Of a stretch of DNA of 62,000 bases, positions 34,728 to 46,873 are shown piece after piece. Below the pieces are notes generated by a model. That model was not told the DNA's origin and searched no databases. It saw only the letters and a list, made by a program, of their open reading frames with translations. This DNA comes from Wallemia ichthyophaga EXF-994 (lineage: Eukaryota; Fungi; Basidiomycota), in contig NW_008806285.1 in the NCBI RefSeq assembly GCF_000400465.1, positions 144,001-206,000 on the forward strand. Reading direction: 5' to 3'. Every line of letters starts with the position of its first letter. The stretch's first letter is position 1. Made by a program: the position numbers and the translations under genes.

Positions 34728-37138
34728 ATGGACATTTTCTTGAACATTTCCAGAATCTGTCCAAACGATACAGCAAAGGTTACAGAGGCTTCCAGGAATC
34801 TAGCCGATAGTCTTCGTACTTGTTGGTCTCAGCTATTCAGCCCGAGCTAGCTGACTGATATGACCCAGCTGAGCGGAGAGATCAGTTAAGCTGTGTGGAA
34901 GATATACTTGAAGCACTCAATCTACAATTCAAGCAGACGACTGCTATCGACGACGATATCTCCCAGCTCGAGAGACTGACACAGCTGTACAGGGTAACAG
35001 CTAACATCTGTCTCGATAGCAGTGAGTTGCTAGCGAAATGCGTCATATTTAGAATACTGATAGTGTTTTTGTTCCCAGACACCAACAGACAAAAGTTAAT
35101 CGATGCCGATGTTGATATCTCCGCTTTGGGGGTACTCAAATCACTCACACCCCAACAAATCTCGAGTCAGCCATACGCATTCATGCTTAGGGCTGCTTTT
35201 GGCACTCTAATAAATCTCAGCCAAGACTACTGTAAGGGCGTAATCGCTTTACATGTTCTCATCTGATAGGTACACAGCTCCTTCCCAAGAACGCCTTAAC
35301 AACCACGACACTCTGCCGATAGTGGTCAAATTTCTCAACAGACGCAATATTCAAGCGAATGACTCTGCTACAGCTGTTACCCATTCTTATATTTATGAGT
35401 GGGGATGGCGAATCGTTAACAATCTACTATCGACTGGTGAGTTTGGGATGCGCATTCAAACATAAGCTCATCTTTAAGAAGAAAATGCTAAAATTGAGCC
35501 TGGAAGCACTGAGGTAGATGCTCTATGTTCTTGGGTGGAAGCATTTTACAGCCAATCAATTGAAGAGTGAGTATCTAGTTGGGTGAGAGCTTTTTTGACA
35601 CTTAGCAGTGAATATGCTGGATTAGAAGATGAAGATGAGTTGCAAGCAGTATATGAGGAAGACTTATCTTCTTTGGAGAGTGCAACGCTGCTATTAGAAA
35701 CATTCGCGTTCGATTCTGAGGCCGCACGTCTTTTACTTGCTCAAGAAGAGAAACTTGATGTTCTGTTGTCTTTTGCAGAGACTCGTGAGCTTCCAAGAGC
35801 ATTAGCAGCTAGTGCAGATCAGAGCTCAGTGGAGGAGTGGTCTAAAATTTATGAGGAGTGCAAGGCTGCTGTTGGGAAATGTGTTGTCGGTATTGCTAGT
35901 TAGTTCGCATTTCTAGCTACTGCCTCTTTCGTCGTCTAACGCACATCGCAGGTGAAGATCAGCTGATGAGCTTCTTCTTTGACAACGGCAGAGCACCGTT
36001 TGTGCAAAGGATGCTGAGATGGTTGGAAAGCGATTTGCAGAGACTCAACATTAGTGGTAGTGAGTTTTTATCAAGTACTAAATGCTTTGCTGACAATAGT
36101 AGCTTTGGCTATTGGAAACTTGGCAAGATCTGGTAAGTGCGTGGACAAATTCAGTGTCCAAACTAACAGCCGACCAGAGGAGAATTCTATCATAGCTGTG
36201 AAACAATTCAAGATTATACCACGCCTCGTACAATTGCTCCGAGACGATGATGTGAAGGTATCTCATGCTTCCATGTGTCTACTGAAGAATCTATCGCTGC
36301 CTGCGTCTAACAAGGACGAAATTGGTGATAGTGGGGCAATGGAAGCAGCTCAAAAGTTTCTATCGCTCAGCTTTTCGCACGTACAGCCTCTTCAATTTGC
36401 GACCGTTGGCTTTTATAAGCACTTGTGTACGCAACAGTGTGAGTTATCGTTACTGAATGCGTATAGGCTGTCTAATGTGATTCAGTTTGTAACACACTCA
36501 CAATTGTGAATCACGAACCGTCTATACTCGACTCAGTGCTTGTTCTGATCAGCAAAAGTGATGACGCAGGTGTAAAGAGTGAAGGAACACGTATATTGGT
36601 GCATGGAATCAAATCTTGTTGGATTTCTGCAGGCGAAAAGGCTCAATATGCCAGATCAAAGTTCACGAGCCATCCTGTTGCAAAAGCTTTAGTGGAGTTG
36701 TTGTGCAATTACCGTAGATACCAGATCTGTAAGTGTCGTGTGTGTCTAGTTCACATCAGCTAACTCTCAATAGTGATCAACGAGGCCGTCATGGGTCTCA
36801 CTCTGCTTGCATCAGAACGTAAAGGTGCTGACTACATACTCGCAGAGACTTCCAAGCTAGCACCAGCTATCAAACAAGTATTGGAGGATGAGAAAGAGAT
36901 CAATAAGAAGGTCAAGCTCAACGTCTGTATTCTCTACTCTAATCTAGTCCTGAAACAGACTCAGGAAAATTCAAACGCTAAGCAGCGTGAGTGCGGTGAT
37001 ACATTTCTAAATAATATGACTCACTGTAATACAGTCAAAGGCCTTCTCGAACAAGACATAAAGAGTTTGTGTGACGATAGCGATAACGAGTTATCCAAGA
37101 CTGCTTCAACGGTATTGTCAGCTACGACTTGGAGCTGA
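34728..37138 (+). CDS. ARM-repeat SmgGDS/RAP1GDS1 (Bem4-like) small-GTPase GEF/chaperone
   Basis: RVTANICLD, ALAIGNLARS, CLLKNLSLP, VKSEGTRILV, INEAVMGLTLLA; many introns, boundaries approximate. Confidence 0.7.
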
Positions 37139-37219
37139 TGTGGCTAAAATAATTAATTTACTTTAAGAGTATTATTGTTTATCTAAATGCATTTGCTGAC
37201 TGCCTTCACAAATACAATC

Positions 37220-37825
37220 ATGTTCTCACTGTTAAAAAGATCAGCAGGATTATCTAATAACATTAGAACATTCTCATCAACTAGATTCAATAAGGAAACA
37301 GCTGGTGCACTAACTTCTGTTCTATCAGATACTGATGCCTTGCAAATACAATCAATTGGAAAATCAGGCTTAACGTTTAGTGATGGCAAAGTATGCAAAG
37401 GACCTGTGATAGTCGTTGATAATAAGATATTTTTGTGGAAAGTGCCTACGCCTACCATGCCATTCAACTGGGGTGACGCTATACCCAAGGAAGCGTTCAA
37501 GATGTTTGAAACGTTGACACCTAGACCAGGTGGGTTTAGAGCTTGTAAAAAGACCATTCTAACTCAATCATTCAGAAATATTGCTTCTTGGTACTGGAAA
37601 GAGCATGCTCCCACCACCACCAGCTTACACCAAATATCTCAATAGTTTGGGTATACAGGTGGATATTATAGATACTGTGGGTTATATTTGGCACTAGAAT
37701 GTGATTTTGCTGACGTGCAACACAAGAAAAACGCTTGCTCTACATACAACGTTCTCGTGGAGGAGGATAGAAGTGTGGCAGCAGCATTGTTCCCGATAGA
37801 TGGCTATGAGTGGACGAAGAAATAG
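37220..37825 (+). CDS. NDUFAF3: Complex I assembly factor NDUFAF3 (MTH938/DUF498 fold)
   Basis: Presequence-like N-terminus; GPVIV...FLWKV, PRP/EILLLGTG, NACSTYNVLVEEDRSVAAAL. Confidence 0.88.
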
Positions 37826-37938
37826 CTGGAAAGTATTAAAGCAATTACTAGCATCCCCTTAACAAATATTTAGTGACTACAATATGATCAGATAGTGTTT
37901 AGATGACGTCTACGCTATATTAATTACTTGCATTGCGG

Positions 37939-39709
37939 TTAATTGAGTGCATCCAGGAAATTTCCATTGAAAGTCTTATCAGAAAGCCTCTCCATAACAG
38001 ACTCACGCGCTCTTTGTCTCACTTGTATTGCATCATGCTCACTTAGATTGAAAATATCGTTCATTCGCTCAGAGAACTCCTTCACTTCACGCGCATGATA
38101 ACCTTTTGGGTGTGAGAGATTATATCAGCGGTAGGAGAATTACCCACCAGTCTTTGATCCCTTGTAGTCTACGATAATGTCGAGCAATGGGCCGGCCGAG
38201 GCATGAGCAAGTGGTATCAGTCCAGCAGCCTGGAGAGGATTGTTAGTATATGCTCAGTATGAATTATTGCTATAGTTACCATATATTCTACTACATTTAT
38301 ACCGAAATGCTCGTCAACCATTGTATTGATACCGATGCTTGCAGTTGATAGACTATGCAGCAGCACTTTAAAGGAAGCATTCACGATGAATTCAGTGCTA
38401 GACTGTTTGGTATTAGAAAAGTAAAGCATCGCTGGTTGTGATAGTGGACCTACATCTACACCCAAAGACTTAGCTAGCGACTTTAGATGTTCTACTCTAT
38501 TCAAGTCATCCTGATTACGTGCACTTCCAAGTAAAATCAGTTTAGAGTCTTTGTGGTTTGTATGTGAGTCTCGCAATTCTTTGAATGCCTTTATTTGAGT
38601 ACTGTGAGCTTTCTCAGGCCTATATGTGGTTAGTGGTGGGACTTCCAATGTTTATACATGACGTACCTGAATTGCGCAACGCATAAAATACTTTTCCGCC
38701 TTCCCTCTAACGAAAAATCCCTCAAAGCGACCGTATCACAAGGCGGATAGACGACTTTGACCTCACGGTTGATTAGATTGCGAATGTGATTACCAGTCCA
38801 GCTTGAATTGGCCATATTGACATCACAAGTTTTAAGGCAGAATGAGTAAGCACTAATGAGAGCGTGATAGTATCTGCTTGTGTTAGTCTGAGCTGATGCA
38901 AAGTAGCGCATCTCACATAAGCTTCCCCCGACTTAAAATATTTGAGGAGGTGATAGTTGACGAGTTTGTGATATCATTATGGCGCTTTTCTACTCTGGAG
39001 ACCATGTCTGAGCTGGTGGAACTGGTCAATGCCATGCAGGAGACATACAAAGAACTCACGATATCGTTGGATAATGAGTATAGGCAACGATACGTGCCCT
39101 TGATTTAACTAGCCTAACAATTGGGTATGTGAAAGCGTAACCCATAGTATCTAATGCAAATTTTGAGCTTGAAATTAATGTGAAGGGGTATACCAACCTA
39201 TGAAGACAGAGAAATCATTTTTACGATATAGAGCCTCGATAATCAATATAGTACTGCCTATCGCTTGGCCCAGTAAGGTGAAATAAGGCCAGGACTTATC
39301 ATCTACGAGGAAACGACAGCGAAGTCTGACGAAATGAATCGTCTGTGGGTTTAAATCTATTGACATTTTGGTCTGATTGAATAATTGAATACAAGTTTTA
39401 TGCTCAACGGTGCCCAACTCACTTTGGCATTGTTTATAAGCGTTTGCTTCGAATCAGAGTCACCGGTGTAAACGAGTACATGAATGTTGGGAGTGAGTGA
39501 TTGTATACCTTGTATAGCAGTCCAAAGAACTCGCTCACCGCCACCGCCTGCGTTGCTGAGGTATGGGTTCAGCTATCGGATCCACCGCCAATGCACACGA
39601 CAAACCAATAAGGATGGAAGAATGCAATATTGCTGCCGATGTTTCGGCTTCTTTTAAAGATGAAAATTGAGAGAATAATTACTGAAATTGAAGCCGTTAT
39701 CAGCAGCAT
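37939..39709 (-). CDS. ALG11: GDP-Man:Man3GlcNAc2-PP-Dol alpha-1,2-mannosyltransferase
   Basis: IAFFHPY/CNAGGGGERVLW, WPYFTLLGQAIGS, QFRPEKAH, MVDEHFGINVVEYM; many introns. Confidence 0.93.
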
Positions 39710-39732
39710 AATGTTGATTGATTACTATCAAC

Positions 39733-41163
39733 ATGTCAAATCGCAGGGATGTTGGCAAAATAGCAGTTGATCGTTAGTGCGCTTATAATATCAAGTGAAA
39801 TATTTAATTTTAATCCAGTTATGGCTTTCGCTGCTGGACAAGTAAGCCTTCAATCCCAACGCCTTTAAATGGCTTACGTTTATAGGCTGTAATATTCTAT
39901 ACGCTTAGAGTGGGTGGCGTGCATCCGTATGATCAGTTTTCTGAACAATACCAGTACCTTCTTAACTCAAACGATCCACTCAAATCTAAGCGTCAAGGCA
40001 CCAAGAGTAAATCAACTCAGATTCTTGAAAGATTAGGCAGAAATAACGTTACTCTGAATGAATATGAAGGTGTGTATCGATTCACCTGTAAAGAATCATT
40101 CTCACCTCCCTCTAGAGGTCATCGCATGCGAGATCGTACTCCCAGAAGAGATCAGCACCACATTCGACGATATTGGTGGATTACAGCATATCGTTTCAAA
40201 CCTCAAAGAAAACGTCATCTACCCACTCAAATTACCTGGCTTATTCACCGGTGGCTCTAAGAATCTATTAAGTCCTCCAAGAGGCGTTCTTCTTTATGGT
40301 CCTCCTGGTTGCGGTAAGACTATGCTGGCAAAAGCTCTTGCTAGAGAGTCGAACGCTACCTTTATCAATATGCACGTTTCCACTCTGACTGATAAATGGT
40401 TCGGAGAATCTAACAAACTTGTCGCTGCTTTGTTCTCTCTCGCAAAGAAATGTCAACCTTCAATCATTTTCATCGATGAGATAGACAGTTTCCTCCGTGA
40501 ACGCGGTAAAGGCGATCATGAGGTTACAAACATGATGAAAGCTGAGTTCATGACGTGAGTTTGGTGTACCACTGCATAACTAATCTAATTCACCAACCTC
40601 AGCTTCTGGGATGGGCTTTCTAGTGAAGCAAATGATAGAATACTCGTTCTTGGCGCTACCAACCGCCCAAATGACATTGATCAAGCGATTCTCAGGCGTA
40701 TGCCTAAACGCTACCCTGTCAAAGTTCCAAATAATGATCAGAGAAAGAACATATTAAGTTTGGTGTGTTTGATTTTGACTTTGAAACTCACTCACATTCT
40801 TCAGATCCTCAAAGACTGCGCAATCAGCTCAAACTTTGACATCAATCAGCTAGTAGATATTACTACTGGACTGACAGGCTCAGATTTACATGAGCTATGC
40901 AGAAACGCAGCCATGATACCAATGAGAGAGTTGATGAGAAAGCATGATCCTAGCACACTAGAACAGGACATTGAAGTGGGTCTAAAAATTTTCTTTCTAG
41001 ACCATTAGCTAATCTTGACCAACAGAACATTAAACCAAGACAATTAAATATTGCAGATTTCACTACAGCATCAATGGAGAACGAAGACGACATGCCAGTG
41101 TACGATCCAAGTATAGACGGCAGGATAAGACAGATTAGTGATTCTTTAGGAGGCTTAGATTAA
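39733..41163 (+). CDS. MSP1: Mitochondrial/peroxisomal AAA dislocase (ATAD1)
   Basis: [73 protein letters not shown]. Confidence 0.95.
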
Positions 41164-41261
41164 TACACAGATTAGACTAATTTATACACCCAGCACTCTT
41201 CAAACAAGAATTTTGTAGTAATATCTGCATGAATGTACACCCAAATAATAAAATATCCCGC

Positions 41262-41980
41262 TTAACGGTTGGACTTGGCAACACGCTCAAGTTCATCCTT
41301 CTTCTTGATGGCGTATGAGTTAGATGAACCCTTTGAAGCGTTGATGAGCTCGTCAGCAAGACATTCAGAGACACTCTTGACGTTACGGAAAGCAGATTCA
41401 CGGACACCGATGGTGAGCAAAGCAATAGCTTGGTTGACACGACGGAGTGGTGAAACATCAACAGCTTGGCGACGAACGGTACCTTGGGAACCAATTCTGG
41501 TTGAGTCTTCACGTGGACCAGTGTTGACAACAGCGTCAACGATGGTTTGTAATGGGTTTTGGTCGGTGAGCAAGTGAATGATCTCGCAAGCGTGTTGAAC
41601 AATACGGACGGCCAATTGCTTCTTACCGTTGTTACGGCCGTTCATCATCAAAGAGTTGACGAGACGCTCAACGATTGGCATTTGAGCCTTCTTGAATTGC
41701 TTGTTGGCGTAACGACCAGCCGTGTGTGGGAGGTAGACTGGGTGACGGACTTGAATGTAGTCGGTAAGTGAGATGTCCTTGACTTCGACGCTATTGCACG
41801 GTTAGATAAATTTGACTAAAGAGTAAAGACCGACTCTTGGGCGTCCCACTTGCCGAAGAGCTTGACACCGGCAAGACCACCTTCTGGTGGAGCAGTAGCA
41901 GTGATCTAAGCTTTGTAAGAAACGTCTTCTCCAGCTACTAAACCACTTACTTCACTTGGGAGAGTCTTGACTGGGGCCAT
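41262..41980 (-). CDS. RPS5: 40S ribosomal protein S5 (uS7)
   Basis: [21 protein letters not shown]...[13 protein letters not shown]...[10 protein letters not shown]; three short 5' introns. Confidence 0.98.
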
Positions 41981-42288
41981 TTCTACAATCTAGAGGGGCG
42001 CAAGGCATTCGTTAGAATAGTATGCGGACTCCCGTACAATAGACATACTCAGGTGTACGCTATGCTTTATTAGCAGATATTTTGGTGTAGCCGCAAAACT
42101 CACAGTCCTCGCTAGGAGCAAGAAGGGTTGATAAAATTTCAAGGTGAAAAAGGCCTGGAAAAATTTATAAAAGTACAAAATGAATCTTAAATGGCTCTTT
42201 AGATTTGTTGAAGCAGTCATCACCCTCGTCTTGCTGCTTCATATCGCAAAACTGTGCCTACCTAATCCAACACAAGGTGATTTAGATC

Positions 42289-42726
42289 CTAGTACGGTGG
42301 CCGATACTGGGGCTGGTATGGTGGATGAAAGGGCATTGGCGCCGGTATTGGAGTGAAAGAATTCCTGTCTGCTTGCCAACCTGGATTGCGTTAAAGATGC
42401 GTAGTAACGCAGGCTGAGAGACTCACTGCAGATGTTACAGAACCAAATATGATCTGATCCAAATGGGATTATCGGTAGGAAGCAGAATTCAAACCATCTC
42501 CTTGACTGCAAGATGATTAAGCGATATTTTCAATGAAGTCAGCACTCAGCGCACCTTGAATGGAACGAGTGCACCGTTGTTGCAGTGTGGGCATAGCAGA
42601 GGCTGTGTAGGTTGTTGTCCATCTGGCTTTAACTTTACAGGACAGCTAACTGAACAGCCAATGAGCTAGAGCTAGCGACGCAGTGAGATCAAACCCACAA
42701 CTGAAGCAGAGTGGAATAAAATCCAT
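42289..42726 (-). CDS. Small zinc-ribbon protein (zinc_ribbon_15-like) with Pro/Tyr-rich tail
   Basis: Reconstructed MDFIPLCF...CPHCNNG.../SRRWFEFCFLPIIPF...WFCNIC/SWQ...PPYQPQYRPPY*; two CxxC pairs; three introns. Confidence 0.75.
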
Positions 42727-42855
42727 TGCTAAAGCCCCTCAAAGAATGTATAACTTCTCAAGCTAATGGAAGTTGAATTAAAGCCAAGATACATTCATCA
42801 CGCTAGCATTTTACTGAATAATTTGTATAGAAATATACACAACCGTCTAATCAGT

Positions 42856-43471
42856 TTAAGCTGAAGTCAAACGACGTTGAGCAGCCACTTGACGCTTGTT
42901 ACCGTGGATCTTCTTTGGTTGGTTCACATCGACATCCTTGTTACGGGCAACTTGCTCGTCTGGAACAGCCAAGGTGATTTCAATGTGGCATGGGTTACCT
43001 TGGTAAGGGTTGATACGACCGTGAGCACGGTAAGTACGACGACGGGTTTTCTAAGCGTCTTGTAAGAATCTTCAAATTTTTTGCGCATAGCGCACAACTC
43101 ACTGGAGCAGCTTGAACGACAATGTGCTTAATCAAAAGTTCGTCAGTGTCAAGCGACTTAGCGTCAGCGTTGGCTTCAGCGTTCTTGAGTAATCTGAGAA
43201 CGTAGCCAATTGACTTGACTGGCCAACGACCTTGAGTGGTACCGTGGTTCTTAGCTTGAGCGGCTCTACCAACACCACCGTTGAAGCGACGGAATGGAAT
43301 GATATCCCTGTGCTCTTGGACATCACCGAGGTACTTGTAAGCCTTTGAAAGCTTCAAGCCGGTGAGAGCAGCAGCAACTTCACGGGTGTTCTTGAAGTGC
43401 GTACGCAAGTGCTGGCCACGAGCTTTGGCTGTCTTCTCTGGATTCTCAGCATTGTGTGCGTAGCGTACCAT
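42856..43471 (-). CDS. RPL17: 60S ribosomal protein L17 (uL22)
   Basis: MVRYA...[16 protein letters not shown]...GRWPVKS...[14 protein letters not shown]; one intron. Confidence 0.98.
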
Positions 43472-43809
43472 CTTGACTTCTTCGGTGTAGCTCGTCGAGA
43501 AAGGTGGCTTGAAGTTTTACCAGCTCAACTTAAAATGAAAATTATGAGAATAGAGCATCAAGAGGTTGTTTATCAGGCGTACTATTCATTATATAACCTG
43601 CTTTGTAAAATTCTAAAGCCTTTTTCTCTCATATTTCTGTTTGACTAGTCTTCCTGGTCAGCTATATGAATATTATTATTGTAGCTCATCAGCAGGGAAA
43701 TGCTGACTGGAATCTAATCAATTTGCTGCCCCATAACTTCCAGCCTAAACACTTCCGGTGAAGTATACGCAGCTTTGGTGCGGCTAATTGTATGAACGAG
43801 TTAGGATGA

Positions 43810-44700
43810 TCGCATTGATATAAGTGTTTAGTACATTGTTTAGTGTTATAATGCATTGTAGCAACCATTTCTCTCGTTGCATCCCACAAGCGCTCAATAT
43901 GGAACTCGTCTCTACATATCTGATGGATTCAAGATGCGTTTATGCAATGACAGGGCGATTTGAATTGTTCTTTTAGTACTACTAGACGCTTGTAGTAGTG
44001 CTAACCATACGATAGAGTCAATTCTGCTCAAGGCACCCTCCAACTGACCAATTTAGCGAGAAGATAGGCGTAAAGATACCATATACTGACAATTTGAACA
44101 TTTTAGCAATATCATCGTTTTCATGGCATCTTCAGCATTCCGATACATCCCCATAACAACTATCCGCTCAATAGTCATCGAGTCGAATTTTCCTAATACC
44201 ATCTATCTCATCTCAGATGGTGATTTACGAGTTTTAATGATCCCCAAATAAAAAAGCTTGTTTTATAGCTTTAAATGAGCTCTACAAGATCTTACAAGAA
44301 CTATTTCCCTGAACCTTCATTTGCGCCCTGTAGGTTGTTCGGTAGTTGCATTTCGAGATCGTACGCTATTAGAGAGATATAGGGATTTAACGCGCTTAGT
44401 CGACAGAACAGATTATAATAACTGATGGAGACTTCAAGAACCCAGAAATCTCAAGCGCTCACCCTTGTAGACGTGATTTACGTTTTCCGACAAGTAGCGT
44501 CCACAGGACTAAATGCTGGCTCCAGGGAAGAAGCCAGGACATTCCGGATCATTACACGCCTATTGCATACAAATTATGCAACAAAAAAACAAGCGTCATC
44601 CCAACTCTGTAAATCGGGACTCTAGCTTCACCTGGTGCATTTCGAGATGTCACATAATGGGGGCGGAGGAGTGATTAAGCATGCATTAGAATTGCATAGG
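43810..44700 (-). pseudogene. Degenerate coding relic, copy B (homologous to 29060-29975)
   Basis: Same orientation and motif order as copy A; e.g. gataccatat(a/g)ctgacaatttgaaca, ccaaataaaaaagcttg and ctggtgcatttcgagat shared; stops and frameshifts. Confidence 0.75.
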
Positions 44701-45441
44701 TCGGCTTAGTAGGTATATATGTTTTTTGATACCAAGTCACACCCTTTGCAGCATGCCATATCTAGCTGCTAGCTGGACGAGTGCAGAGCACTTCGCTGCG
44801 CTATCGGCAACAAACATATCTGCAAACGTCTCATAGAGCTAATTACTACTAACAGGAGCTAATGTTACTTTAATTAGCAGTCGTCAAGGTGTTATGGCGA
44901 ACTAAATCACGTCATCCTCTGAGATTGCAACGTCATTCCAACTCTCAAAGTTCAATCATAGGCGGAAGAGTACAATGAAGTCGAATCAGTTTACATGAGT
45001 GATGACAATGAAATATTGAGTTAATGTGAGCAAGTTTGCTGCTGAATGATCACCTTTGATACCTGCCAATTAGCGAGAGAGAGGGGGATGAACGGCAGTA
45101 ATTCATCATATCGATAAAAGTAGTCGTACTACAACTAGATTTACGTGCAACGCCTATGTCCTCCTTCCACTTGATAACCTTGGTGGGGACGACGATCTGA
45201 ATATGCGTGTGTTTTCAATGTTCAAGGATGATCTTTGCACTTTGCATTTAGAGATATCAAAGCCATCTTTGGTAGCATAAGTCAGGCACTGGTCCAAAAC
45301 GCATAATGTGCACATTGTGAAGATAAACTTAAATATATAAAACTGTACAAAACTTTGATTAGTTTGCTGCGATCGATGGAGGTTGCACTGTGCTAGGCGC
45401 TACCGGAGCCGCTGAAGCAGATTCGTTGGAGAGGTTACTGC

Positions 45442-46831
45442 TCACTTTACCACCAGCTGTTTTTCTTCCAGCTGATCGTAAACCAAAACAAACTCACGCT
45501 TTATCTTCTCCCAGCTCTTTGGATCGAAGAAGATATAGCTACCACGTTCAAGCATTGGTGTCTTCTGCACTGGCTCAGATCCGGATTCTTTAGTCAACCA
45601 AAGTCCTAAATCCTTGTGATATCTCCAGTTTCTGTTGAATCTGAGAAGGTATTAGCTTGTTTTCGGTGAAAATAGAAAAGCCACGCTCACAATTCAATTG
45701 CTGCTACTTGCTGCATTACATCCTTTGCGTGAGTGTAGAATATGTAGAAGAGGGTTTCGTCGTGGAATTCTGCGACCTTGGTGAATGCTGGTGGTGGTGG
45801 TTGGACGTTGTAACAAGCAGGTAGTGTGAACTCTGGTTCTAGTGTAGCTGCATCTCTGGCATTGTTGTCGGAAAATGGTGACACGAACGTCGAGTTAAGC
45901 ATTCTTCAGCTGTGTCAGAGGTAATGATCGAGTTGAGTATTCGTACATACGTCGGAGAGCTCAAATCCAGTCCAAGATTTGTCAAATCAGATCCCAAAGC
46001 CAGCATTCCCATATCAGACGACGACATTCTTATTATGTTCAACAATCCTAACAATCCAAACCTGTCAGCAGGCGATACTAGCACTTGCTGAGCCGGGGTC
46101 TGAGCCATAGGTAGATTGGGTTGTTGGGCGTTTGGATTTTGTGCAGCGGTCATTTCGAACATGAAATTCTAAGCCACGTGATCAGCAGATAGGAGCTAGG
46201 TATAAAGTCAAACATACTCTTTTGTCCCTCTGTGAAGCTGCGTTTGAAGCAGATGCAGGTGCGGGTGTCCTCGAAGTGTTGGAAGGGAAGTATGGCTGTC
46301 GTATAGATTCACTGGATTTAGGCTGTACACCGTTTAGACTACTCTGATCAGAAGAAAGAGCAGGAAATTCATCCTGATTTAGAGCCGAGGGAGCTGTAGG
46401 CTGGGAATAATGATTTTGCTGCTGCTGACTTTGTTGAGTAGGAGCACCTAAAGCGGGGAAATCATTTGGATCGAGCCTAGGTTCTGACTGGCTAGGTATC
46501 ACGCCGACATTGAGCAACTGCGATTGATTACTGCTGTTGTTATTGATTGGATGAGCTTGTGCAGCTGTCACGGGAGAAGGACCTGCGTAGGGGAACGAAT
46601 TTTGCCTCGGATTAGAATTAGGCGTCAAGCTTGGCTGATTAAAGCTTTGCCTCTGTTGTTGCTGCTGCTGGATAGGCGCGAAACCTCGCAATACGTGTGG
46701 CGCTGCTAAATACGGCGCATAAGGAGGTCTAAAAGGAAGATTTGGAGGGTTCATAGATTGCGGCCTTTGGGGAGTTTGCCCTGTATCTGATTTAATTAGT
46801 TTAAAAAATTAGGCTGAGTAGACTAACTCAT
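45442..46831 (-). CDS. NOT2: CCR4-NOT subunit Not2/Cdc36
   Basis: [69 protein letters not shown]; stop position uncertain (see finding). Confidence 0.9.
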
Positions 46832-46873
46832 AGTTCTTGTCCAAGAGAGACGGCCAACGACAACGACGACGAT

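Noticed and set aside
29060-44700. Relic pair as LTRs or TIRs of one 15-kb element
   Set aside because: The copies are highly diverged and carry a coding signature, and the interval holds ordinary essential genes with no gag, pol or transposase
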